A stretch of 64,000 nucleotides of DNA from Patescibacteria group bacterium (GTDB lineage Bacteria; Patescibacteriota; Minisyncoccia; Phycocordibacterales; BOKC01): the NCBI GenBank assembly GCA_038062955.1, contig JBBTWE010000001.1, positions 627,985 through 691,984 on the forward strand, read 5' to 3'. This document shows positions 48,850-56,944 of this stretch, in pieces; positions within the stretch are counted from its first letter, which is position 1; every line of letters starts with the position of its first letter. Both the position numbers and the translations under genes were made by a program. The notes beneath the pieces were generated by a model. The model was not told the DNA's origin and ran no database searches. It saw only the letters and a program-made list of their open reading frames with translations.

Positions 48850-48860
48850 TTTTTTGCATC

Positions 48861-49730
48861 ATGAAAATACAAAAAACAATTTTACATATCGCAATTGCAG
48901 CACTTTTTTTATGGTTACCTTTCCACGCTTTCGCGATTTCTATCTTTGTAGATTTTCCTGAAGCATTCGTGCGAGTTAATAACACCGCTCTTCTTAAGGT
49001 ATCAGTTAAAACTGAAGGAAAAGAAATAAACGCTGTTGATGGAAAAATCTTTTTCAGTGACCCTGATGGAATCGTTTCTATTACAACAGGGGGTTCTGTA
49101 TTTAGTCTTTGGCCCAAAAAGCCCTCTTTAGAGGGGAGCGTAATATCATTTACTGGGGGAACACCGTCTGGGGTCTATGGCGATTCACTGCGACTGTTTA
49201 CTATTGCCATAAAACCAACATCAACAAACCCAATAAAAATTACTTTTGAAGATGTTACAGCGTATTTGAATGATGGAAATGGAACAAAAATTTCTGTTTC
49301 GGCTCCGTTCTTGGAGATTCCTGTTTTACAAGCGGGAGATACGGAGGATGAACTCGCGTCTCTTGTTGAATCGGACACTAATAAGCCATCACCTTTTTCA
49401 ATTGATTTAGGCAGAGACCCCGCTCTTTTTGGCGGCAGATATTTTATAAGTTTTTACGCTACAGATAATGAATCTGGAATAAACAGGTATGAGGTTGAGG
49501 AAGATGGATTTTCTATTGTGCAATCAGACAGTCCGTATGTTCTTCAAAATCAAAATCTATCTGGCGTTGTAGAAGTGAGAGCTATTGATAATGCTGGGAA
49601 TGCTCGGGTCCAAAGTCTGGAACTAAAACCTACAATGCATTGGTTTAAGATAGTTTCAATTATCATATTAATAATCATAGTTTTTTTGCTCGTCTACTTT
49701 GTTGTAAGAAAAATATTTAGAAAAAAGTGA
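48861..49730 (+). CDS. putative cohesin-like domain protein, C-terminally membrane anchored
   Basis: Signal peptide; roughly 140-aa beta-sandwich-like domain paralogous to the one in the next gene; C-terminal TM plus basic tail; start chosen at the internal Met after the upstream stop. Confidence 0.35.
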   Translation: MKIQKTILHIAIAALFLWLPFHAFAISIFVDFPEAFVRVNNTALLKVSVKTEGKEINAVDGKIFFSDPDGIVSITTGGSVFSLWPKKPSLEGSVISFTGGTPSGVYGDSLRLFTIAIKPTSTNPIKITFEDVTAYLNDGNGTKISVSAPFLEIPVLQAGDTEDELASLVESDTNKPSPFSIDLGRDPALFGGRYFISFYATDNESGINRYEVEEDGFSIVQSDSPYVLQNQNLSGVVEVRAIDNAGNARVQSLELKPTMHWFKIVSIIILIIIVFLLVYFVVRKIFRKK

Positions 49731-51493
49731 TGAAAAAATTACTCACCATCTTAATGGTTTTTGGATTCGTGTTTTCTCCTTCGTTTTTAAACGCGGCGGA
49801 CATGTATCTGATTTTGGACAAAAACCAAGTTGCAGAGCAAGGCATATTTAGTGGAACCGTTTATGTTTCAACCGGAGGATTACCAATAAATAACGCCGAA
49901 AGTACAATTCATTTTCCCGCTGATCTTTTAAGTGTTGATTCTGTGAGTACTCTTGGCTCGATTTTTAATATTTGGGTTGAACAACCAAGTTTTTCCAACA
50001 TAGCTGGCACGATTTATTTTAATGGAGGTTTGCCGACACCAGGGTATTCCGGACAGTCTGGGAATACTCTCCGCATAAATTTTAGAGCAAAAAAGCAGGG
50101 TGTGGCTGATCTGTCTTTTGGTTCCTCTGCGGTTAGAGCAAACGATGGAAGTGGCACCAATGTTCTATCACAAACAAGAGGATCTTCCATTTCTATTGCC
50201 CCCGTTGCGGTTATTCCACCTCCTCTAATTCAAATAGGTTTGCCAAAGGCCCCGGTTATCACTTCGGAAGATATGCCTATCCAGAATGATTGGTACAACA
50301 AGATCAACGGAAGGTTTTTTTGGGATCTACCGACAGATGTGACAGCTGTGCAACTTATTTTAAGTAGTTCTTCGGATACTGACCCTTCTATAACTTACGA
50401 CCCACCGATTAAAAATAAAACTCTCGCAGATCTTGCGGACGGAGTTGTTTATCTTAATGCAAGATTCAAGAATGCAAACGGTTGGGGTAAGATCACGAGT
50501 AGAAAAATTCAAATTGACACGACGGAACCAGAAGGTTTGTCTGTTAACACTAGAGTAACAGAGGACGATTTGGTTTCAATTGAAGCAACGGCAAAAGATG
50601 CGCTGTCAGGAATTAAGAGCTATGTTGTTTATGTGGGAGGGAAAAAGATCGCCGAACAGATGGTCGACGCAATGTCTGATGATATTGCTTCAGCTACTGT
50701 TTCTAGGGCTATTAACAATATCACCACAAATGACAAAACTAAATTTAATCTAGTTCCTCTCAAAGAAGGCCAAACCAAACTTGCCGTAAGAGTATACGAT
50801 AAAGCTGGAAATTATTCCGAAACAGATGTCTCTGTGAATGTGCCAGAAACAAAAGCTCCGAAAATCACGCACTATCCTGAATACATAAATATCGGTTCAA
50901 AAATTGAAATTAGGGGCAAATCGCCTTATGTTGGCGCGGACATCAATGTTTGGATCAAAGAAGAAGGAAAAGAGGCAAAAAGTTATCTAGTAAAATCAGA
51001 CGAGGATAAAGTTTTCTTGTTTACAAGTGATTCCATAGAAACATCTGGTACGGTAAGCGTTTGGGCAGAAACAGTCAGAAGTGAAGATGTAAGAAGTGAA
51101 GAGTCTGAAAAGGTGTATATCAGCGCGAAAGAAACTAATTTTGTCTGGCTCGGCTCACGAATAATTCAGATAGTATCGATTGTAATCACCATACTTGTAT
51201 TGTTGTTTGGTCTTCTCGCTCTTATATATCTAGGAATCAGAAAGTTGAATATTTTGAAACGCAACTTAAGAAGGGATTTGATACATACAGAGCAAGAAGT
51301 ACACAGGGTGTTTGAAATTCTTAAGGGCGATACGAAGCGTCATTTGAAGATGCTTGAGAGAGCAAGTACCAAACGAAAACTGACAAAAGAAGAAAGTAAG
51401 ATATTTGCCGAACTATCTGAAGATTTAGATGAAACAGAGAAATATCTAGCAGAAAAAATTGAAAATATTGAGAAACAGGATTTGTTGAAATAG
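49727..51493 (+). CDS. putative cohesin-like domain protein, C-terminally membrane anchored
   Basis: Signal peptide; domain pattern IFSGTVYVSTGG.PINNAESTIHFPADLLSVDSV...GTIYFNGG...LRINFRAKKQGVADLSF resembles cohesin; C-terminal TM plus charged tail. Confidence 0.35.
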   Translation: MMKKLLTILMVFGFVFSPSFLNAADMYLILDKNQVAEQGIFSGTVYVSTGGLPINNAESTIHFPADLLSVDSVSTLGSIFNIWVEQPSFSNIAGTIYFNGGLPTPGYSGQSGNTLRINFRAKKQGVADLSFGSSAVRANDGSGTNVLSQTRGSSISIAPVAVIPPPLIQIGLPKAPVITSEDMPIQNDWYNKINGRFFWDLPTDVTAVQLILSSSSDTDPSITYDPPIKNKTLADLADGVVYLNARFKNANGWGKITSRKIQIDTTEPEGLSVNTRVTEDDLVSIEATAKDALSGIKSYVVYVGGKKIAEQMVDAMSDDIASATVSRAINNITTNDKTKFNLVPLKEGQTKLAVRVYDKAGNYSETDVSVNVPETKAPKITHYPEYINIGSKIEIRGKSPYVGADINVWIKEEGKEAKSYLVKSDEDKVFLFTSDSIETSGTVSVWAETVRSEDVRSEESEKVYISAKETNFVWLGSRIIQIVSIVITILVLLFGLLALIYLGIRKLNILKRNLRRDLIHTEQEVHRVFEILKGDTKRHLKMLERASTKRKLTKEESKIFAELSEDLDETEKYLAEKIENIEKQDLLK

Positions 51494-51494
51494 A

Positions 51495-51526
51495 AAAATC
51501 CCCGCGTTTGCGGGGATTTTTATAGT
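51495..51526. terminator. Rho-independent terminator hairpin aaaaatccccgc-gttt-gcggggattttt
   Basis: 12-bp stem plus T-run; shared by convergent genes. Confidence 0.65.
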
Positions 51527-51531
51527 TCTTA

Positions 51532-51654
51532 TTACTCCGTTTCTTCTTCGTCTTCAGCTTCCTCATCATCTTCATCAATCTCTAGATCATCTTCTTCTAC
51601 ATCATCCATACTCATTAACTCTAATTCACTATCTAGTGCAAATTCTTGTTCCAT
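51532..51654 (-). CDS. small highly acidic protein (40 aa)
   Basis: Not in the ORF track. Sequence MEQEFALDSELELMSMDDVEEDDLEIDEDDEEAEDEEETE, with a perfect AAGGAG ribosome-binding site 8 nt upstream of the ATG. Confidence 0.4.
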   Translation of the reverse strand: MEQEFALDSELELMSMDDVEEDDLEIDEDDEEAEDEEETE

Positions 51655-51821
51655 ATTTATTGCTCCTTAAATTATTAAAATAACTTATAAAGACCTTTAA
51701 ATTCACAATTCTTACTTTAAAGGTAAATCATTTTTACCAAATTTAATTTTTTTTGCAAATTTTTCTCTATAAAAATTGTGGATAAGTAATAATAATTAGA
51801 AATACGCAAATATCACAAGTA

Positions 51822-52319
51822 TTACGCTTTTTCTTTTAACCTATTTCCACCATAAGCAAAAAAGGTTAAACCTACAGCGATTGCGTCACTCTCATCGTCA
51901 AATTTTGGTTTTTTACCCTTCATATTTATGAGTTTACTTACCATAAATTCCACTTGAGTCTTGTCACTTTTGCCATTACCCGTAATAGCTGTTTTTATTT
52001 GGGATGGTGTAAATTGGTTTATACACAGACCCGCCTTAGATGCTTCGTAAATTATAACTCCTCGCACCTCCGCAACTGCAACTGCTGTTTTAAGATTCTT
52101 ACCAAAGAAAATATCCTCGATGACTAATTCCGATGGATGATAATTTTTAATTAACTCGTCAATTTTTTGGCCAATCTCGAGAATTCTTTTTTCTTTAACG
52201 ATGTTTTTGGTGGGGGAGAAGCATTCTGAAAATAAAAGCTCTTCTTTTTCACTATTTTCTTTTTCAAGCACCGCAATACCCATTCTGTCATATCCTGGAT
52301 CTATGGCTAGTATAATCAT
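51822..52319 (-). CDS. ruvC: Holliday junction resolvase RuvC
   Basis: N-terminus MIILAIDPGYDRMGIAVLE with catalytic Asp in the IDPG motif; 165 aa. Confidence 0.8.
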   Translation of the reverse strand: MIILAIDPGYDRMGIAVLEKENSEKEELLFSECFSPTKNIVKEKRILEIGQKIDELIKNYHPSELVIEDIFFGKNLKTAVAVAEVRGVIIYEASKAGLCINQFTPSQIKTAITGNGKSDKTQVEFMVSKLINMKGKKPKFDDESDAIAVGLTFFAYGGNRLKEKA

Positions 52320-52347
52320 TTCAGTTTATAAGTTACGTTTTTCAATC

Positions 52348-52878
52348 TTACTCGGCGTTTGTAAAAACGTCTTGAACCTCATCGTTCTCGTCCAAATTAT
52401 TTACAATTTCATCTAATTTAGATCGATCTTCTTCTCCTAGAGGAATTTTTACCTGGGGGATCCACGCCGCGCCATTTTTTTGAAAAGCCCACGCCGCCGC
52501 GCCTATTCCTGCAAGTTCAAGCTCATGAAGACTCAATATATGTTTAATTTCAGCTGAAGCTTTATTTCTGTTATCAGTCAGCACCTCGATGATAATCGCG
52601 CATCCTCCCGGACCATAGGCTTCGTAAGTAACCGCTTCAAGTTTTACGCTGTCTTCACCCCCTCCTTTTTTTATAGCTCGTTCGATATTTTCTCGAGGTA
52701 GATTTTCTGCTCTAGCTCTCTCAATAGCCGCCTTGAGACCAGGAGAATTAGTGTCACCGTTTGCTTTCTTGGCCTCCATATTAAGTAGCCTTACTATTTT
52801 GGTAAATGTTTTGCTCTTTACGGCATCTGTCGCCGCTTTTTTATGTTTCACTTTTGACCATTTGTTGTGACCTGACAT
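52348..52878 (-). CDS. YebC/PmpR-family protein (short form)
   Basis: N-terminus MSGHNKWSKVKHKKAATDAVKSKTFTKI is typical of YebC/TACO1; 176 aa, C-terminally shorter than typical. Confidence 0.65.
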   Translation of the reverse strand: MSGHNKWSKVKHKKAATDAVKSKTFTKIVRLLNMEAKKANGDTNSPGLKAAIERARAENLPRENIERAIKKGGGEDSVKLEAVTYEAYGPGGCAIIIEVLTDNRNKASAEIKHILSLHELELAGIGAAAWAFQKNGAAWIPQVKIPLGEEDRSKLDEIVNNLDENDEVQDVFTNAE

Positions 52879-52978
52879 ACGTGATTTAAGATTTATGATC
52901 TATGATTTTCGATATTTAAATCTGAAATCTTACATCTTAAATCTAAAATAATATAAAATCTGATAAAAATTTTAAAAT

Positions 52979-54025
52979 TTAATCCTTTCTATCAAACAAT
53001 CCTTTTCTGGAAATGTGTAAGTGGGTGTATCCAGCATCTGTGACGGTTCTTCCTCTAGGAGTTCTCTCCAAAAAACCAATTTGAATTAAATAAGGTTCAT
53101 TATACTCTTCGATAGTGGCCATTTCTTCAGATATTGCCGCCGCAATAGTATTTAAACCGACTGGGCCGCCTTTAAATTTTTCGATAATGATTTCTAAGAT
53201 TTTTCGATCAGAAGGTGCGAGCCCCTTTTCATCTACTCCCAAAAGGTCCAAGGCCTCGTGAACAGCTTTTTCTGTAAGATCCATTCTTTTAATTTGGGCA
53301 AAATCACGACACCTTTTAAGAAAATAATTAGCGGTCCTCGGAGTAAATCTGCTTCTTTTGCTTATTTCCGTGATTGCACTTTTGTCTATTTTTACATTTA
53401 AAATTTTTGCCGATCTCTTAATGATCTCCTCAACATCGTTTTCTGAATAAAATTCCAATCTGAAAATTCCTCCGGAAAATCTACTACGCAGAGGCGCGGA
53501 AATCAAAGCAATCCTAGTAGTCGCGGCAATCAATGTAAAAGGGGGGAGATCAAGCTGAACGGTTCTTGCAGATGGTCCTTTGCCGATTATAATATCCAGC
53601 TTACCGCTTTCCATGGCTGGATAAAGAATTTCCTCGATTACCTTGTTCAGTCGGTGAATCTCATCAATAAACAAGACATCTCCCGGATTTAGGTTTGTGA
53701 GAATTGATGCCAAATCGCCAACTCGCTCAATAGCAGGGCCCGAAGTGATTTTTATTTGCGCCCCCATTTCCCTGGCGATTAAATGGGCTAAGGTGGTTTT
53801 TCCAAGTCCTGGCGGGCCATAGAAAAGCAAATGTTCCGGAGGGTGTTTCCTTTCTTTGGCGGCTGTTAATAAAATATTGAGATTTTCTTTGATATTTTTC
53901 TGTCCGATATAATCGTCCCATTTTAAAGGGCGCAATTGTTGGTCCAAATATTGAAAATCGACATCCTTTTCCTCTTTTTTGTCTTGCTCTTTCATTTTCA
54001 TTACTTTTACACCCACACCAATCAT
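52979..54025 (-). CDS. ruvB: Holliday junction branch migration helicase RuvB
   Basis: [12 protein letters not shown]...[14 protein letters not shown] Walker A, DEIHRL Walker B, winged-helix C-terminus. Confidence 0.9.
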   Translation of the reverse strand: MIGVGVKVMKMKEQDKKEEKDVDFQYLDQQLRPLKWDDYIGQKNIKENLNILLTAAKERKHPPEHLLFYGPPGLGKTTLAHLIAREMGAQIKITSGPAIERVGDLASILTNLNPGDVLFIDEIHRLNKVIEEILYPAMESGKLDIIIGKGPSARTVQLDLPPFTLIAATTRIALISAPLRSRFSGGIFRLEFYSENDVEEIIKRSAKILNVKIDKSAITEISKRSRFTPRTANYFLKRCRDFAQIKRMDLTEKAVHEALDLLGVDEKGLAPSDRKILEIIIEKFKGGPVGLNTIAAAISEEMATIEEYNEPYLIQIGFLERTPRGRTVTDAGYTHLHISRKGLFDRKD

Positions 54026-54598
54026 TTTCTTGAATCTGTCGGTGGTATTTAGCTTATTTTCACCTCAATTTTCATCTCCTCTAACTTTTTTCACTCATAT
54101 ATGATACATTATTCCGACTAGAAAATGATTGGTGTGGGTGTTCAGTGTAACTTATTCACTTCCTTTCGTTTTTGCTCAATCTAGGGGAAGAGAAAATTAT
54201 CTATTGACCCCGTAGTAGATTTTGACATAGTTTCTCGTTTTTGGTGAAGCTGGGCGTCATATTTGGTGTCAAAATTCACTACGGGGTTGACACAAAACTC
54301 TTTCTATGCTAGACTTGCAGGGTTCAGAAAAAGTAGGATCTTTTACATAAATCCAGACTATAAACCTCTAAACAACGGAGCCCCCGGGCTTTATTGATTT
54401 TTTACAAGGACATTTTGGTTTCGGCTGAAATTATCCTTAGTATAAAATGATCTTTTTTGGTGAATCTTAAAAGTGTTGTTTAGAGGTTTATGTTTTGGAT
54501 TTTTTTTCTAACAAGATAAGAAGAAATTCAGTATCGATACTCTCCATTATTCATAAAACCGGTCTGGAAACAACTTCCCAATGATTTTTTTTTGTTCT

Positions 54599-56272
54599 TT
54601 ATTCCAAAAGGTCAATAACTCTCTCAAGTTCGCTTATCGAAGTGATGCCTTGGAGAACTTTTAGTATCCCATCTTGTTTCATGTTTAAAATATTTTGGTC
54701 TAAAGCGGCCTTATTTATTTCTCTTTCGCTTGGATTTTGCTCAACAATCTCTTCTATTTTTTGATTGGTTAGTATAGCTTCATAAATTCCAATTCTGCCT
54801 CGGAATCCTGATGAATGGCACTCCGAACAACCAACCGGCTCGAAATTAAATTCGGTCTGAATGTTTTCTAAGTAACTTTTATCTTGAATAGCCTCCAATG
54901 TTTTTTTAACTAAATCTTTCTTTTCTGGAGTGAGAGGAATCTTTTTCTTGCAAGATTCGCAGAGCTTTCTTACTAGCCTTTGAGCGATTGCAATGTTTAT
55001 GGCCGAGGTCAGGACTTTTGGGTTTACTCCTAAGTCAATGAGCCTTGGAAAAGAACCGGCGGCGGTATTGGTGTGGAGAGTGGTAAAGACTAAATGTCCG
55101 GTAAGTGCGGCATTTATTGCGATTTCCGCAGTGTCTCTGTCTCTGATTTCACCAACCATTATGACATCAGGGTCTTGTCTTAAAGCAGAGCGCAAACCCT
55201 CCAGAAAGGTATAACCTTTTTCTTCGTTGGTTTGAGTTTGGACGATGCCGGATAAATGATATTCAACAGGGTTCTCGATGGTGATTATTTTTATTTCAGG
55301 AGAATAGATTTTTTTCAGGAAAGCATAAAGAGTGGTAGTTTTGCCGCTTCCCGTTGGGCCAGTTGTCAAAATCATTCCGTTTGGTTTACCCGCTTCACGA
55401 AGCAATATTTTAAGCAGGCGGGGATTAATACCCAAATCTTCAAGCGGCACCCCAATAGATTTTGGATTTAAAATTCGAAGCACGATGGTCTCGCTTTCTG
55501 CAACTGGCAAAATAGATGTTCTTATTTCTATCTCTTCTTCTCCTAGTTTTATGCTGAATCTGCCATCTTGACCTTTACTAGTAACATTTAATTTCAGATT
55601 TGAAAGAAGTTTTATTCGAGAAAGGATCAATTTATACGTCGATAGGTCAATATCTAAAACGTCAACTAAAACTCCATCCATACGGAAGCGGAGCCTGACA
55701 TTTTTTTCTTCCGGTTCCATGTGAATGTCAGAAGACTTGGTAGAAAGAGCGCCCGCGAGCATGATTTCCAAAATTCGAGTAATCCTGTAAGCTTTTTTTG
55801 AAGTTAAATCCTCTTCAATTAATTTTTTTATTTTTTCTAAATCGCTAGCTTCTTTTAAAAATTCAACGATTTCTGCGCTTGAAATTTCAAGCGACCCAGC
55901 GTGAATTTCTTTATTACCTGATAAATCTTTATATCTCTCCCAAATCCTTTCCAAACTCTCACGAGAGACCATGAAAATTATTGGTTCGAAGCCTTTTCTT
56001 TTTAAATCTTCTACCACCTCCAAACTTTTAAGATTTTCCGGCGAAAGTAGCCCTAGGTGTATTTTTTTGTTGATGATGTTGAAAGGAGCGAGTTCTGCTT
56101 CTCTTGCGTCTTTCTCGGAAACCTCGAGAAGCGCGGCCATATTTATTCCTCCCATACTCAAATCTTTGTATGGCACCCCATGTCTCTTAGCAAGAATCTC
56201 TGTTAAATTTTCCGCCTCTACCTTTTTGAGCTCGGTAAGTCTCTGTTTTTGTTTTTCTTCGTTGAATTTCAT
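54599..56272 (-). CDS. pilB: type IV pilus assembly ATPase PilB (GspE family, full length)
   Basis: N-terminal GspII-like domain, Walker A GPTGSGKTT, and tetracysteine motif CESC...CSECHSSG. Confidence 0.85.
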   Translation of the reverse strand: MKFNEEKQKQRLTELKKVEAENLTEILAKRHGVPYKDLSMGGINMAALLEVSEKDAREAELAPFNIINKKIHLGLLSPENLKSLEVVEDLKRKGFEPIIFMVSRESLERIWERYKDLSGNKEIHAGSLEISSAEIVEFLKEASDLEKIKKLIEEDLTSKKAYRITRILEIMLAGALSTKSSDIHMEPEEKNVRLRFRMDGVLVDVLDIDLSTYKLILSRIKLLSNLKLNVTSKGQDGRFSIKLGEEEIEIRTSILPVAESETIVLRILNPKSIGVPLEDLGINPRLLKILLREAGKPNGMILTTGPTGSGKTTTLYAFLKKIYSPEIKIITIENPVEYHLSGIVQTQTNEEKGYTFLEGLRSALRQDPDVIMVGEIRDRDTAEIAINAALTGHLVFTTLHTNTAAGSFPRLIDLGVNPKVLTSAINIAIAQRLVRKLCESCKKKIPLTPEKKDLVKKTLEAIQDKSYLENIQTEFNFEPVGCSECHSSGFRGRIGIYEAILTNQKIEEIVEQNPSEREINKAALDQNILNMKQDGILKVLQGITSISELERVIDLLE

Positions 56273-56387
56273 CCCGTACGAAGTAGGACACGGACTAAAT
56301 AAATTATGTCGTGCCTACTTTTAATTAAATATTAATATTAAGTTTTAACTTATAACCCTGCCAGGTGTCCGTGACTTCGTACGGGAT
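56271..56387 (-). promoter_or_regulatory. long-range inverted repeat upstream of pilB whose start-proximal arm overlaps the pilB start codon
   Basis: Arms 56271..56295 and 56367..56387 (atcccgtacgaagt...cacggac) flank a 71-nt AT-rich loop; homologous to the dnaA upstream structure. Confidence 0.5.
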
Positions 56388-56430
56388 TCATTATTACAAA
56401 TTGTCTCCTAAATAATACTCTTTTTTACAT

Positions 56431-56464
56431 AAAAAAACACCCGCAAGTCCTATGACTGCGGGTG
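56431..56464 (-). terminator. Rho-independent terminator (minus strand) at the left edge of the GC-rich island
   Basis: On the minus strand: caccCGCAGTCatagGACTTGCGGgtg followed by TTTTTTT. Confidence 0.55.
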
Positions 56465-56502
56465 GTGAACGATTTTCTTCCCTTTTTCTGCTCGACGCTC
56501 CT

Positions 56503-56608
56503 GTAGCACACCCCCCATCGTATTCGGTGTTCTGCTACCAGATCGTCCAAGGGGGTTCTATTACCCTTATGTAGCACACCCCCTCCATCGTATTCGGTGT
56601 TTTGCTAC
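56503..56608. repeat. two direct hairpin repeats (36 and 38 nt) separated by a 32-nt unique spacer (CRISPR-like mini-array)
   Basis: Unit 1 is gtagcacaccccccatcgtattcggtgttctgctac (56503..56538). Spacer is cagatcgtccaagggggttctattacccttat (56539..56570). Unit 2 is gtagcacaccccctccatcgtattcggtgttttgctac (56571..56608). Each unit folds as gtagca...tgctac with an inner cacc/ggtg stem. Confidence 0.4.
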
Positions 56609-56944
56609 TTAAGAAATGAGCTGTGGGGGTTTTCTTGCCTACCTTCTTGTGAAGGCAGACAAACATCATTCATAGGGGCTCAATCCTATGACGGCCCTGC
56701 TACGGGGCAAAGATGAGGCGTTTCTGCCTGCATCCACAAGGAAGAAATCGTTATGTGAGAAAAACATCTCAAACCGTCCTAAAACGGTAGGTGTTCTTCT
56801 CATGTCTCTCAAGGTGCTGTTCCTTGGACACACTAGCATGAGGGAGGTGGGGTGTCAAGGAGAATCAGCTTGCGTTTATTTTTAATCTATGATATAGTCG
56901 CAATAGATAAAGTTCTTTAACAATCAACCAAAAAGGAGGCTCAA

